This document shows, in pieces, positions 18,631 through 28,473 of a stretch of 42,854 bases of DNA. The notes beneath the pieces are model-generated. The model was not told where the DNA came from. It was given only the letters and a program-made list of their open reading frames with translations, and searched no databases. The DNA is from an uncultured Campylobacter sp. (GTDB taxonomy: Bacteria; Campylobacterota; Campylobacteria; Campylobacterales; Campylobacteraceae): assembly GCF_905371695.1 (NCBI RefSeq), contig NZ_CAJPMA010000001.1, positions 1 through 42,854 of the forward strand, written 5' to 3'. Every line of letters starts with the position of its first letter. Position 1 is the first letter of the stretch. Both the position numbers and the translations under genes were made by a program.

Positions 18631-19791
18631 ATGGAATTTAAAGTAGAAAATACCGACGGCGCGGCGCGCGCTGGGCGTATCGTAACGGCGCATAGCGAAA
18701 TTCTAACTCCCGTTTTTATGCCCGTCGGCACCGTGGGCGCAGTTAAGGCGCTAGACGCGACCGATATGGCCGAGATTTTAGACGCTAAGATAATTTTAGC
18801 TAATACCTATCACATATATCTGCGCCCAGGCTCGCGAACGGTGGCGGAATTCGGCGGGCTGCACGGATTTACGAAATTTCCCCGCAGTTTTTTAACCGAC
18901 AGCGGCGGCTTTCAGGCGTTTAGTCTGCGCGCAAACACTAAAAACGACGAGGGCGGCATAAAATTTAAAAGCCACATCGACGGCAGCATGCATTACTTCA
19001 CGCCCCGCTCGGTGCTAGATACGCAGTATGAGCTAGGCAGCGACATCATGATGATACTAGACGATTTAGTCGATTTGCCGCGCGATCCGCGAAATTTAGA
19101 CGCGAACGAAGCGGCGCGGCTTAAAAAACGCATCGATCTAAGCGTCGCACGCACGATAAAATGGGCTCGCGAAGCGGTAGAGTATCACAAAAGCTCGCAG
19201 GCGCGGGGCATCGGGCTAAATCAAAATATCTTCGGCATCATTCAAGGCGGAACCGACCCGCAGGCGCGTAAATTTTGCGCCGAAGCGCTGTGCGAGATGG
19301 ATTTTGACGGGCTTGCGATCGGAGGGCTCAGCGTGGGCGAAAAAAACGAGCTGATGTATGAAACCGTCGAGGCCATGATGCCTTTCGTCGATGCGGCGCG
19401 CCCGCGATATTTGATGGGGGTCGGTACGCCCGAGGATCTCGTCGAAAACGTCGCTCGCGGCGTGGATATGTTTGATTGCGTGATGCCTACGCGCAACGCC
19501 CGCAACGGCACGCTATTTACGAGCTTCGGCAAGATCAGCATCAAAAACGCGGGCTTTATCAGCGATCACGATCCGATCGATCCGCACTGCGACTGCTACA
19601 CGTGCAAGCGCTTCAGCCGCGGCTATCTAAATCATCTATTTCGCGCGCGCGAGCTTAGTTTTTACCGCCTAGCCAGCATTCATAATCTGCATTATTATCT
19701 AAATTTAATGAAGCAAATTCGCGCGGCGATAAAGGATGGGAAATTTGCCGAATTTAGAAGAGAATTTTACGAAAAAAGGCAAGCTAAATGA
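18631..19791 (+). CDS. tgt: tRNA-guanine transglycosylase
   Basis: [56 protein letters not shown] zinc site. Confidence 0.97.
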   Translation: MEFKVENTDGAARAGRIVTAHSEILTPVFMPVGTVGAVKALDATDMAEILDAKIILANTYHIYLRPGSRTVAEFGGLHGFTKFPRSFLTDSGGFQAFSLRANTKNDEGGIKFKSHIDGSMHYFTPRSVLDTQYELGSDIMMILDDLVDLPRDPRNLDANEAARLKKRIDLSVARTIKWAREAVEYHKSSQARGIGLNQNIFGIIQGGTDPQARKFCAEALCEMDFDGLAIGGLSVGEKNELMYETVEAMMPFVDAARPRYLMGVGTPEDLVENVARGVDMFDCVMPTRNARNGTLFTSFGKISIKNAGFISDHDPIDPHCDCYTCKRFSRGYLNHLFRARELSFYRLASIHNLHYYLNLMKQIRAAIKDGKFAEFRREFYEKRQAK

Positions 19792-20513
19792 GCGAAAATT
19801 CGCAAAATTTAAAGCCCGGCGCCAGAGCGGTTACGGGATATTTTTACGCCGAGAGTTACGAATACTTAAATTTCGCCACTTCCGCGCAGCTTGCGCATTA
19901 TAAATTTTTCTTTAAAAACGGCGAAATTTTTACCGACGAAGCGCTAAACGAGCGCGCGAGTATAGACGAACTAACGGCTGCGATCAAAAAAATTTTAAGC
20001 TCTCATAAGGAGAAAATTTCGCGCTATTTAGGGCATTTGGAGAGTTTCGAGACGATTTACAAAAAGCCAAAAGAATATCCCGAATTTATGAAGCGGCACG
20101 CCGAGCTAAAATACGAAATTCGCAAATTCTATAACAAAATTTCGCGCCTACAAGACGCGCTGATAACCTGCGCCAACGAGCAAACCGCGCTTAAAAAACC
20201 GCTAAAACGCTTCATCGCCGAAACCGGCGCCGCAAAAAGCGTAGTCGCCGAGTGCGGAGCGGGGCTGGACGATATTTACGCCTTTATTCAAAGCGTAAAA
20301 AACGACAAAATCAACCGCAATATCTATATGTTGACGATGATTTCGGCGCTTTTGCTGCCGCTAAATTTTATAACTAGTTTTTTTGGAATGAATACGAACG
20401 GGCTATTTTTAAGCGAGTATCCTAACGCTACTTTTATCGTAACTTGCGCGATGGGCGCGGTTCTGGTGGGGCTTGCGGGGCTGTTTTGGCTGTATAGCAA
20501 AAGGCAAAATTGA
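19788..20513 (+). CDS. Short CorA-family divalent cation transporter
   Basis: [18 protein letters not shown] (GMN motif) followed by a second TM; short soluble domain. Confidence 0.8.
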   Translation: MSENSQNLKPGARAVTGYFYAESYEYLNFATSAQLAHYKFFFKNGEIFTDEALNERASIDELTAAIKKILSSHKEKISRYLGHLESFETIYKKPKEYPEFMKRHAELKYEIRKFYNKISRLQDALITCANEQTALKKPLKRFIAETGAAKSVVAECGAGLDDIYAFIQSVKNDKINRNIYMLTMISALLLPLNFITSFFGMNTNGLFLSEYPNATFIVTCAMGAVLVGLAGLFWLYSKRQN

Positions 20514-20863
20514 TGAAAATTTTACTTTTTGCGACGCTTTTTTACGCGAGCGCGGCGTTCGGCGAGATAGCCGCATGGCAAAGGGCTTGCAATGCGGGCG
20601 ATACGCAGGCGTGTATGGAAGCGGGCAAGTATTTTACGGATATGGCGCGCACGCAAGCTTATTACGAAAAGGCGGCGCAAATGTATAAAATCGCCTGCGA
20701 TAAAGACGCCTTTGAAGCTTGCGGCGAGCTAGGAGCGCTCTACGCGCAAGGTCTAGGCGTTAAAAAGGACGCCGCAAAAGCGAAAGAGCTTTTTAAAAAA
20801 GCGTGCGACGGCGGAGATAAGGCAGGTTGCGATAGGTACGAAGAGCTTAAAGAGCGAGACTAA
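20513..20863 (+). CDS. Secreted Sel1-like repeat (Hcp-like, Cys-paired) protein
   Basis: Signal peptide; three AC-x6-7-C units; LGALYAQGLGVKKDAAKAKELFKKAC is an SLR consensus. Confidence 0.85.
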   Translation: MKILLFATLFYASAAFGEIAAWQRACNAGDTQACMEAGKYFTDMARTQAYYEKAAQMYKIACDKDAFEACGELGALYAQGLGVKKDAAKAKELFKKACDGGDKAGCDRYEELKERD

Positions 20864-20864
20864 A

Positions 20865-21059
20865 ATTTGCGGTTTGCGCTTTAACTTTCGCGTTTGCGAC
20901 CCGCTTTACCGTGCTCGGCTTTAAGGCGGTTTTCCTCGGTCGTTTTTTATTTCGCCGCACCGCGCTCGTAGCGCGGCGAAATTTCCGCTATTTTTCGCGT
21001 CTTTGCGCTTAACCGCAAATATAGCGGCTAACTTTATAAGCTTCAAAGACGGTCGCAAA
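20865..21059. repeat. Palindrome-rich spacer between convergent genes (includes likely terminator hairpin)
   Basis: ATTTCGCCGC 20949-20958/GCGGCGAAAT 20973-20982; ATTTGCGGTT 20865-20874/AACCGCAAAT 21011-21020; TTTGCGACC 20893-20901/GGTCGCAAA 21051-21059. Confidence 0.55.
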
Positions 21060-21068
21060 AGGTAAATT

Positions 21069-22022
21069 TTAAGATTTTTTCGCGATACGCAACAATTTTG
21101 CCTGCGTCTTTAAATGTTCGCCCAGCTCCATTATCGGATATGCACCGGCGTATTTCTTGCCGCCTTCAAGGCTTTTACTCACTCCGCCGCGCGCGGCTAT
21201 CTGCGCGAAATCGCCGATCCTTACGTGCCCGACCGATCCGCTTTGTCCGCCCATTACGACGTTTCGTCCGAGCGTCGTAGAGCCTGCGAGCCCGGTTTGC
21301 GAGACTATTAGGCAGCCGCGCCCTAGCTCGCAATTATGTCCTATTTGCACTAAATTATCGATTTTAGTATAACTTTCTATCGTCGTGCTTTCAAACACTC
21401 CGCGGTCTATCGTCGTGCAGGCGCCGACCTCGACGTAATCGCCTAAAACGACGTTTCCGTTGTGATAAATTTTTACGTGTTCGCCCGTTTTGGTGTGCGC
21501 GTAGCCGAAGCCGTCGCTTCCTATTACGCAGTTTGCCAACAAATGGCAGCCGTTTCCGATCACGCAATCGTTGTAAATTACGACGTTGGGATGAATTATA
21601 CAGTTTGCGCCTACGCGAACGTTATCGCCCAAAAACGCGCCCGCCATTATCACGCAATTCTCTCCAATTTCAACGCCCGACCCCACGTAGACGTTCGGCA
21701 TTACGTTTGCGCTAGGAGCTATGTTTGCGGGGCGCGGCTCGCAAAAAAGCGGCTTTGCGAAATCCGCGCTTAAAATCGCAAACGCTAGGTGCGGATTATC
21801 GCAGACGACCGCCGTCATGCCAGCAGGCACGAGCGGAAGCAAATTCGGACTAACCAAAATCGCTCCCGCGTTTGAATTTGCTATAAATTTCGCGTTTTTC
21901 TCGCCGTCGCAGTAGGTAAGCTCGGCGCGATTTGCGCGAGCGAGCGAATTTAACGCGAAAATTTCGATATCTTCCCCGCTAAATTTAGCTTCCGTTTTTT
22001 GTGCTATTTCGCTTAGTCTCAT
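21069..22022 (-). CDS. lpxD: UDP-3-O-acylglucosamine N-acyltransferase
   Basis: Hexapeptide repeats, IGSDGFGY, TTIDRG, KIDNLVQIGHN. Confidence 0.96.
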   Translation of the reverse strand: MRLSEIAQKTEAKFSGEDIEIFALNSLARANRAELTYCDGEKNAKFIANSNAGAILVSPNLLPLVPAGMTAVVCDNPHLAFAILSADFAKPLFCEPRPANIAPSANVMPNVYVGSGVEIGENCVIMAGAFLGDNVRVGANCIIHPNVVIYNDCVIGNGCHLLANCVIGSDGFGYAHTKTGEHVKIYHNGNVVLGDYVEVGACTTIDRGVFESTTIESYTKIDNLVQIGHNCELGRGCLIVSQTGLAGSTTLGRNVVMGGQSGSVGHVRIGDFAQIAARGGVSKSLEGGKKYAGAYPIMELGEHLKTQAKLLRIAKKS

Positions 22023-22023
22023 C

Positions 22024-22491
22024 TTAAATATCCATTAAAACCGACCCTCCGCGAACGATATCGGTCGGGTTGTATTTTTTTATCGTTTTTAAAAATCCCT
22101 CTATCCGCGCGGTGTCGTCGGCGACCATTACCGCGATGTAGTTTTCGTTGGTATTTACGATCGAGCCGTTATAGGCTTTAAGTATCGCGTCAAGCCCGGC
22201 AAAGCTCTCGTTTAGCGGAATTTTGACCAGCGCCATCTCTTTTTCTACGAACTCGCCGCTTTCTATGACTTTGTAAGTAGGAATTAGCTTGTGAAGCTGT
22301 TTTACGATCTGCTCCAATACGCGCTCATCGCCGCTAGTTACGATAGAAAGGCGCGAAAATTCGCTTTCCGGGATCGGCGCTACGGTTAAGCTGTCGATAT
22401 TATACCCGCGCCCCGCAAAGAGCCCCGCGATACGCGACAAAACGCCGTGTTCGTTTAAAACTATGACTGAAATTACTCTTCTTATACTCAT
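22024..22491 (-). CDS. ilvN: Acetolactate synthase small (regulatory) subunit
   Basis: ACT domain NEHGVLSRIAGLFAGRGYNIDSL, EQIVKQLHKLI (IlvN/IlvH). Confidence 0.94.
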   Translation of the reverse strand: MSIRRVISVIVLNEHGVLSRIAGLFAGRGYNIDSLTVAPIPESEFSRLSIVTSGDERVLEQIVKQLHKLIPTYKVIESGEFVEKEMALVKIPLNESFAGLDAILKAYNGSIVNTNENYIAVMVADDTARIEGFLKTIKKYNPTDIVRGGSVLMDI

Positions 22492-24179
22492 TTTTGCTTG
22501 CCTTTTAGCATCATATTGTATATAGCGGCACCCGCAGGCACCATCGGTAACACGTCTTCAAAGCGGTCCACGCGAACGTCTATGATCGCCGTTTTACCGC
22601 TCTTTATCGCATCTTTTAGCGCCGCGTTAAATTCTTCTTTCGTAGCGCAGACGTATCCTACGCCGCCGAAGCCTTGCGCGATTTTGACGAAATCGGGCTC
22701 TAAGCTAAGATCGGTCGACGAGTAGCGCTCTCCGTAAAAAAACGTCTGCCACTGGCGTACCATACCTAAAAACCTATTATTTAGCACGATATTAACGACG
22801 GGTAGACCGCTTTCAAACGTAGTCATTAGCTCTTGGATATTCATCAAAATCGAGCCGTCGCCCGTAAAATTTACTACTAAATTTTTAGGATTCGCCGCCT
22901 TTGCGCCTAGGGCCGCGGGCAAGCCGTATCCCATCGTGCCCAGACCTCCGCTGGTAATTAGCTGGCGCGGGCGATTAAACGGATAAAACTGCGCGACCCA
23001 CATTTGATGCTGTCCGACGTCGGTCGAGATTACGGCGTCTTTGCCCGCGATTTTGGCCGTTTGTTCCACGACCCATTGCGGCTTTAAAACCTCGTCGCTA
23101 TCGTCGTAAAACGTCGGATTTAGCTTGCCGTAGTTTGCCAAAATTTCTCTCCACTCGCTAAATCGCTCGGGTTTTGCCTCTACTTTTGGTATTAGCTCTT
23201 CAAGGACGTTTGCTAAATCGCCTACTATCGGAAAATGCGCGTTTATGATTTTTGAAATAGAGCTCGGGTCGATATCTACGTGGATGATTTTCGCGTTTTT
23301 GGCAAATTCGCTAGTTCTGCCCGTTACGCGGTCGCAAAATCTAGCTCCCAAAGCGATTAGCAAGTCGCACTCGCTAAGCGCCATGTTAGAAGCATAGCTG
23401 CCGTGCATCCCGCACATACCTAAATTTAACTCGTCATTAGCGTCCATTACGCCTAGCGCCATTAGAGTTTCTACCGCGGGGATGCCGGTTTTTCGGGCGA
23501 ATTTTCTAATTAGATCCGACGCGTTTGATGCCACCGCGCCGCCGCCTATATAAAGCAGCGGTCTTTTACACGCGGACACGGCCTCGGCGGCTTTTTTGAT
23601 CTGCTTGGCGTTGCCTTTTAGCGTCGGCTTATAAGTAGGGATCGAAATTTCTTCGGGATAGTTAAAAACACCCGTTTTGGACGTAATATCTTTTGGAATA
23701 TCGATATGTACGGGCCCCGGACGTCCGCTTCTAGCGATATAAAACGCCTCTTTTATTATGCGCGGCAGCTCTTCGATGCTTTTAACCAAAAAATTGTGCT
23801 TGACGCACGGGCGCGACATACCGACGGCGTCGATCTCTTGAAAGGCGTCGGTGCCGATCATAAAAGTAGGCACTTGACCGCTGATTAGCACGATAGGAAT
23901 GCTGTCGCTATACGCCGTAGCAAGCCCCGTAAGCGCGTTGGTAAACCCCGGTCCGCTCGTTACCAGCGCTACGCCTACTTTACCGCTAATCCTCGCATAG
24001 CCGTCGGCGGCGTGCGTAGCGGCTTGTTCATGGCGAACCAAAATGTGTTTGAAATATTTTTGCTTATAAGTTTCGTCGTAGATATTTAGCGCCGCGCCGC
24101 CAGGATAGCCGAAAACGACCTCCACGCCCTCTTCGTGCAACGCTTCCATTATCATCTGCGAACCGTTTAACTCTTTCAT
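22488..24179 (-). CDS. ilvB: Acetolactate synthase large subunit
   Basis: FGYPGGA, RHEQAATHAADGYAR, TDVGQHQMW, GDGSILMN...NN ThDP motif, LGMVRQWQ (IlvB/IlvI). Confidence 0.95.
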   Translation of the reverse strand: MKELNGSQMIMEALHEEGVEVVFGYPGGAALNIYDETYKQKYFKHILVRHEQAATHAADGYARISGKVGVALVTSGPGFTNALTGLATAYSDSIPIVLISGQVPTFMIGTDAFQEIDAVGMSRPCVKHNFLVKSIEELPRIIKEAFYIARSGRPGPVHIDIPKDITSKTGVFNYPEEISIPTYKPTLKGNAKQIKKAAEAVSACKRPLLYIGGGAVASNASDLIRKFARKTGIPAVETLMALGVMDANDELNLGMCGMHGSYASNMALSECDLLIALGARFCDRVTGRTSEFAKNAKIIHVDIDPSSISKIINAHFPIVGDLANVLEELIPKVEAKPERFSEWREILANYGKLNPTFYDDSDEVLKPQWVVEQTAKIAGKDAVISTDVGQHQMWVAQFYPFNRPRQLITSGGLGTMGYGLPAALGAKAANPKNLVVNFTGDGSILMNIQELMTTFESGLPVVNIVLNNRFLGMVRQWQTFFYGERYSSTDLSLEPDFVKIAQGFGGVGYVCATKEEFNAALKDAIKSGKTAIIDVRVDRFEDVLPMVPAGAAIYNMMLKGKQK

Positions 24180-24209
24180 TTTGTCTGCCTTTTTGAAATT
24201 TAAAAGTCG

Positions 24210-24217
24210 ATTATAGC
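24210..24217 (-). promoter_or_regulatory. Sigma70 -10 (GCTATAAT) for ilvB-ilvN-lpxD
   Basis: Reverse complement of ATTATAGC, 30 nt upstream of the ilvB ATG; AAAAGG RBS in between. Confidence 0.6.
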
Positions 24218-24244
24218 TTTATTAAGGTTAAATAAAAATGATAA

Positions 24245-24360
24245 TGCCCGAAATTTTAAGCGAGACGTAAAATTTGGTTACGTTTTTTATGAAATTTTAA
24301 AGTCTTAAATTTGCGGCTTAAATTTTACGAGACGCGCTCACTTGCGTTAAATTTCGGGCA
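24245..24360. repeat. 116-bp element with terminal and nested inverted repeats
   Basis: TGCCCGAAATTT 24245-24256/AAATTTCGGGCA 24349-24360; inner CGTAAAATTT 24266-24275/AAATTTTACG 24320-24329. Confidence 0.6.
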
Positions 24361-24473
24361 AAGCTAAACGAACGGCCTGCCCTAGCCCGAAATTCTCGCC
24401 CGCTTACGATTAAGATCGCGGATGCGCGCAAAACTTCGTTTAAGACGCTAGCCGTAGACGGCTTAAAAGGCGG

Positions 24474-25181
24474 TTAAAAAGGCCAAATCGCCTCCATTAA
24501 ACGCGTTCCCCACGGCTTCTTCGTCGATTTCTCCACGTCGCCTTCGGTTTTATATAAAATTTTCGCGTCGGCGATATAGCGCGAGTCGATTTCGTTGGCG
24601 TTTGATATGTCGTAAGGACGGATTACGCCCGTTACTTGGATAATCTGCTTCTCGCCGTTTACTAAAATTTCTCGGTTGCCCTCGATAAAATAGTTGCCGT
24701 TATTTAAAATTTTAATAATCCTAGCCGAGATCGTCGTCGTAAAGCGCTCGTTTCTGCTCGTCGTACCGCTACCGCTAAATTCGTTCGCTCCGCCCGCTGA
24801 AAAGCCTATATTTCCGTATTTATTTAGCTGATCTGCGACGGTGCTTAAAGGTGCCGCGCCCGCGCTAAAAGTACCCGCACCCAGCGAAGTCGTGCTGTTA
24901 CGGCTATTTTTCTTGCTTCCCGTGGAGCTTTGCGTCGCGGTTTCTGATATCACGATCGTTACGATATCGTTGACGTTCATCGCTTTCCTATCGGAAAATA
25001 GCGGGTCCTTGCCGCGTCCGTAAAGGCTGCCCGCATTGCCCTGTCCTACGCTATTTTCTTTTGCGGGAAGCTGCTCGACGTAGACGGGAGGCTTCATATC
25101 GATATGCGGGTCGGCGCTAGGCGTGCATCCGCTAAAAATCGCAAGCGCGCAACCTATCGCTAGAAAATGGGAAAATTTCAT
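24474..25181 (-). CDS. flgH: Flagellar basal-body L-ring lipoprotein
   Basis: Lipobox FSGC, LFSDRKAMNVNDIVTI, NGNYFIEG, GVIRPYDI, IADAKI, C-terminal WPF. Confidence 0.95.
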   Translation of the reverse strand: MKFSHFLAIGCALAIFSGCTPSADPHIDMKPPVYVEQLPAKENSVGQGNAGSLYGRGKDPLFSDRKAMNVNDIVTIVISETATQSSTGSKKNSRNSTTSLGAGTFSAGAAPLSTVADQLNKYGNIGFSAGGANEFSGSGTTSRNERFTTTISARIIKILNNGNYFIEGNREILVNGEKQIIQVTGVIRPYDISNANEIDSRYIADAKILYKTEGDVEKSTKKPWGTRLMEAIWPF

Positions 25182-25209
25182 AAATTTACCTTAAATTTTA
25201 TATCTTGTA

Positions 25210-25218
25210 TGCTAAAAT
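25210..25218 (+). promoter_or_regulatory. Extended -10 promoter (TGCTAAAAT) for pta-ackA
   Basis: TGnTAnAAT match 32 nt upstream of the pta ATG; AAGG RBS at about 25240. Confidence 0.6.
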
Positions 25219-25220
25219 CC

Positions 25221-25237
25221 AGCAAATAAAGTTCCAA
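25221..25237 (-). promoter_or_regulatory. Sigma54 (-24/-12) promoter of flgH
   Basis: Minus strand reads TTGGAACTTTATTTGCT = GG-N10-GC, about 40 nt upstream of the flgH ATG. Confidence 0.82.
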
Positions 25238-25250
25238 AAAAGGCGGTTAG

Positions 25251-26624
25251 ATGCAAAATTGTTACGTTATTTCGCGCGAAATTTTAGACGATTTGACGCG
25301 GATTATATCAGCAAAATTTAAAAATTTCGCTGTGTTTGAAGTAAATTTTAGCCAAGACGAGCGAGAACTGATTAAAAAAGGGTTAGACAAGGAGCCGATA
25401 TTAGCGCTAATATCGCGCTTTGAAAAAGCGAGCGAAGGGTTCGAATTTTTAATAATCGCAGGCTGCGAAGGCATCGGGCTAATCGGCAAAACCGAGCTAA
25501 ATTTAAAAATAGCCAGACATCTAAACTCACCCGTTTTCGAGCGCGAAAATTTAAACGAACTTCGCGCCATAAACGCGAGTTCCAAGCTCTTAATCACGAA
25601 CGACGTAAGCGAAATTTTAGTCTCCTCGCAAAATATAATTACGCCTTACCGTTTTGAGAAAATTTTACTGCAAAGAGCGCGCGAAGCGGGCAGCAGCGTC
25701 ATTTTGCCAGAAAGCGACGACGAGAGAATTTTAAAAGCGGCGCAAATTCTACTAGCGCAAGGCGCGGTAAAAATTATCTTGCTAGGCGACGCGGAAGAGA
25801 TAGATAAAAGAGCCCGAAATTTGGAGATAAATTTAAGCGGCGCGCAGATATTCGACCCTAAAACCGATCCGCGCGGCGAGGAGTTCGCGCAAATTTTATA
25901 CGAAGCCAGACGCGCAAAAGGCATGAGTTTAGAGCAGGCGCGAATTTTAGCGCGCGATAAAGTTTATTTCGCTACGCTAGCCGTAGCTTCCGGTGCCGCG
26001 GGAGCCGTAGTGAGCGGCGCTACTATGAGCACGGCCGATACTATTCGTCCTGCGCTGCAAATTATAAAAACAAAGCCGAACGCAAAGCTCGTTTCGGGGC
26101 TATTTTTTATGGCGTTAGAAGAAGAGACGTTAGCCTACGCAGACTGCGCCGTAACGCCTAATCCGAGCGCGGACGAACTAGCTAGCATCGCGGTTACGAG
26201 CGCGCAAACGGCAAAGGCGTTCGGCATCGAGCCGCGCGTAGCGATGTTAAGCTACTCGACCGCAGATAGCGGCAGCGGCGCGGACGTAGATTTTGCGCGC
26301 GAAGCGGCGGCAAAAGCGCTTGAAATCGCCCCCGAGCTAAAAATCGCGGCTCCGATCCAATACGACGCGGCCAGCGTGCCTAGCGTGGGCGCTAAAAAGA
26401 TGCCGGGCTCCGAGGTCGCGGGGAGAGCGAACGTATTTATATTTCCTAACCTAAACTGCGGAAATATCTGCTACAAAGCCGTCCAGCGCAGCGCGAACGC
26501 CGTAGCGATAGGTCCGATTTTACAAGGACTAAAAAAACCGGTTAACGATCTAAGTAGAGGCTGCGAGGTCGCGGACATCGTAAACACCGTGCTAATTAGC
26601 GCAATCCAAGCAAAGGCGGAATAA
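25251..26624 (+). CDS. pta: Phosphate acetyltransferase
   Basis: [65 protein letters not shown]; reduced N-terminal extension. Confidence 0.95.
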   Translation: MQNCYVISREILDDLTRIISAKFKNFAVFEVNFSQDERELIKKGLDKEPILALISRFEKASEGFEFLIIAGCEGIGLIGKTELNLKIARHLNSPVFERENLNELRAINASSKLLITNDVSEILVSSQNIITPYRFEKILLQRAREAGSSVILPESDDERILKAAQILLAQGAVKIILLGDAEEIDKRARNLEINLSGAQIFDPKTDPRGEEFAQILYEARRAKGMSLEQARILARDKVYFATLAVASGAAGAVVSGATMSTADTIRPALQIIKTKPNAKLVSGLFFMALEEETLAYADCAVTPNPSADELASIAVTSAQTAKAFGIEPRVAMLSYSTADSGSGADVDFAREAAAKALEIAPELKIAAPIQYDAASVPSVGAKKMPGSEVAGRANVFIFPNLNCGNICYKAVQRSANAVAIGPILQGLKKPVNDLSRGCEVADIVNTVLISAIQAKAE

Positions 26625-27817
26625 TGAAAATTTTAGTACTAAACTCCGGAAGCAGCTCGATAAAATTCCAGTTATTTTTAATGGATAACGAGCAAAGCAT
26701 AGCAAGCGGGATCGTCGAGCAGATCGGCTGTCCCGGCGGGCGCGCGACGCTTAAAGCAAACGGCGAAATTTACGAAAGGACGACGCCCGTCGCGGATCAC
26801 CACGCAGGGCTTGATCTAATGGACGAACTGTTTCGCGAGTCGGGTACGCTACACGATCTAAGCGAGCTAGACGGCATCGGGCACAGGATAGTGCACGGCG
26901 GCGAGAGCTTTTTTAACTCCATGATCGTAACGCCCGAGGTTATCGAAAAAATCGAGCAAATAAGCCCGCTGGCTCCGCTTCATAACCCGGGCCACATCGC
27001 GGGTATCAAAAATGCGATGGCAAGCAGTAAAGGCGTACCTCACGTCGTAGTTTTCGACACCGTCTTTCATCAAACGATGCCTGAATACGCCTACCGCTAC
27101 GCCCTACCCTACGACGTTTGTAAGGCTCACCACATCCGCAAGTACGGCTTTCACGGCACTTCGCACAACTATGTTTGCAAGCGCGGCGCGGCGCTTTTGG
27201 GCGTGCCTTACGAAAATTTTAACGCAATCTCGCTGCACCTTGGCAACGGAGCTAGCGCGTGCGCGGTGCAAAACGGCAAAAGCATAGATACGTCTATGGG
27301 TTTAAGCCCGCTTGAAGGGCTTATTATGGGGACGCGTAGCGGCGATATGGATCCTGCGGCGCTCGTATATCTCTTAAACGCCGGCGAGCTCAAATGGGAC
27401 GAGATAGACTCGTTTTTAAATAAAAAAAGCGGACTGTTAGGCATTTGCGGATCGAGCGATATGCGCGACGTGGTTGCAAAAATGGAGCACGACGAGCGCG
27501 CGAAACTGGCGTTTGAGATGTTTTGCTACCGAGTGAAAAAATATATCGGCGCTTATTACGCCGCGCTCGGACGCGTAGACGCGCTGATTTTTACGGGAGG
27601 TATCGGCGAAAACGCGCCTAATACGCGCCAAAAGCTCTGCGACGAACTAGCGCATCTAGGTATTAAAATCGACCGCGAGCTAAATTTTGGCGCAAGTCGC
27701 GCCGAACGCAGCCTAGACGCAAAAGGGGCTAAAATTTCCACGCTGGTAATCCCTACGAATGAAGAGCTAGAAATAGCAAGGGAGACTAAACGCTTAATTT
27801 CGGGAAAGAGCGCGTAA
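26624..27817 (+). CDS. ackA: Acetate kinase
   Basis: [52 protein letters not shown]. Confidence 0.97.
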   Translation: MKILVLNSGSSSIKFQLFLMDNEQSIASGIVEQIGCPGGRATLKANGEIYERTTPVADHHAGLDLMDELFRESGTLHDLSELDGIGHRIVHGGESFFNSMIVTPEVIEKIEQISPLAPLHNPGHIAGIKNAMASSKGVPHVVVFDTVFHQTMPEYAYRYALPYDVCKAHHIRKYGFHGTSHNYVCKRGAALLGVPYENFNAISLHLGNGASACAVQNGKSIDTSMGLSPLEGLIMGTRSGDMDPAALVYLLNAGELKWDEIDSFLNKKSGLLGICGSSDMRDVVAKMEHDERAKLAFEMFCYRVKKYIGAYYAALGRVDALIFTGGIGENAPNTRQKLCDELAHLGIKIDRELNFGASRAERSLDAKGAKISTLVIPTNEELEIARETKRLISGKSA

Positions 27818-27888
27818 AATTTAGCCCATCCCGCCAAAATAAAAATCGCTAAAATTCGCGCCGAACGACCGCGCCGATTTTTAGCAAA

Positions 27889-28473
27889 CTACCTCTTTTC
27901 TTTCTTTTTATCCGCTTGCTTCGCGTTTTTAGCGGGCATCTTCGGCGTAGCGGGGGCTGCTGCGGCGTTTGCTTTTTGGCTTTGGGCGCCGGCAGAGTCT
28001 GTCTTCGCCTCGCCCGCTAAATTCGTCCCCAAATTTTGAGCGCTCGCATTATCTTCGCTTAAATTAGCGTCGCTCGCGCGCGTAAATTCGCCGACTAACT
28101 CGTCGTAGCGCGATTTTGCTTTTTCGTAGACGCCTTGATTTAGATCGACTCCGATCTTTTTTAAATCGACGACGTCGCCGCACGCGAGCAAATAGCCGCT
28201 ATCGCAGCTTTTCATTAGATAACCTACGCCAAGCTCGGCGCTCGTGTGCCTATTTAGCGCCGCATCCATTTGAGGCGTTATTTGCTCGTTTATATACATT
28301 AAGCCTAGCTCCTCGCACGCCATTTCGTCGTTTACTTCGCAGCCCGCGCTAAAAATTTCATACGCCGCCGCGAAATTTTCATCGTTTATCGCATCCATTC
28401 CGCGCTCGATATCGTCGATGTCAAAGCCGAGCGCGGCTACCCACAGCGCGCTTAAAAATATAAATTTTCTCAT
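27889..28473 (-). CDS. Exported Sel1-like/Cys-paired hypothetical protein with low-complexity tail
   Basis: Signal peptide; GC-x6-AC and SC-x6-AC pairs; Ala/Lys/Pro-rich C-terminus; ATG overlaps murF TGA. Confidence 0.72.
   Translation of the reverse strand: MRKFIFLSALWVAALGFDIDDIERGMDAINDENFAAAYEIFSAGCEVNDEMACEELGLMYINEQITPQMDAALNRHTSAELGVGYLMKSCDSGYLLACGDVVDLKKIGVDLNQGVYEKAKSRYDELVGEFTRASDANLSEDNASAQNLGTNLAGEAKTDSAGAQSQKANAAAAPATPKMPAKNAKQADKKKEKR

Noticed and set aside
24180..24240. Ile/Leu/Val leader-peptide attenuator for ilvB
   Set aside because: The -10 box is only 30 nt from the start codon, leaving no room for a leader ORF, and no control-codon ORF was seen.
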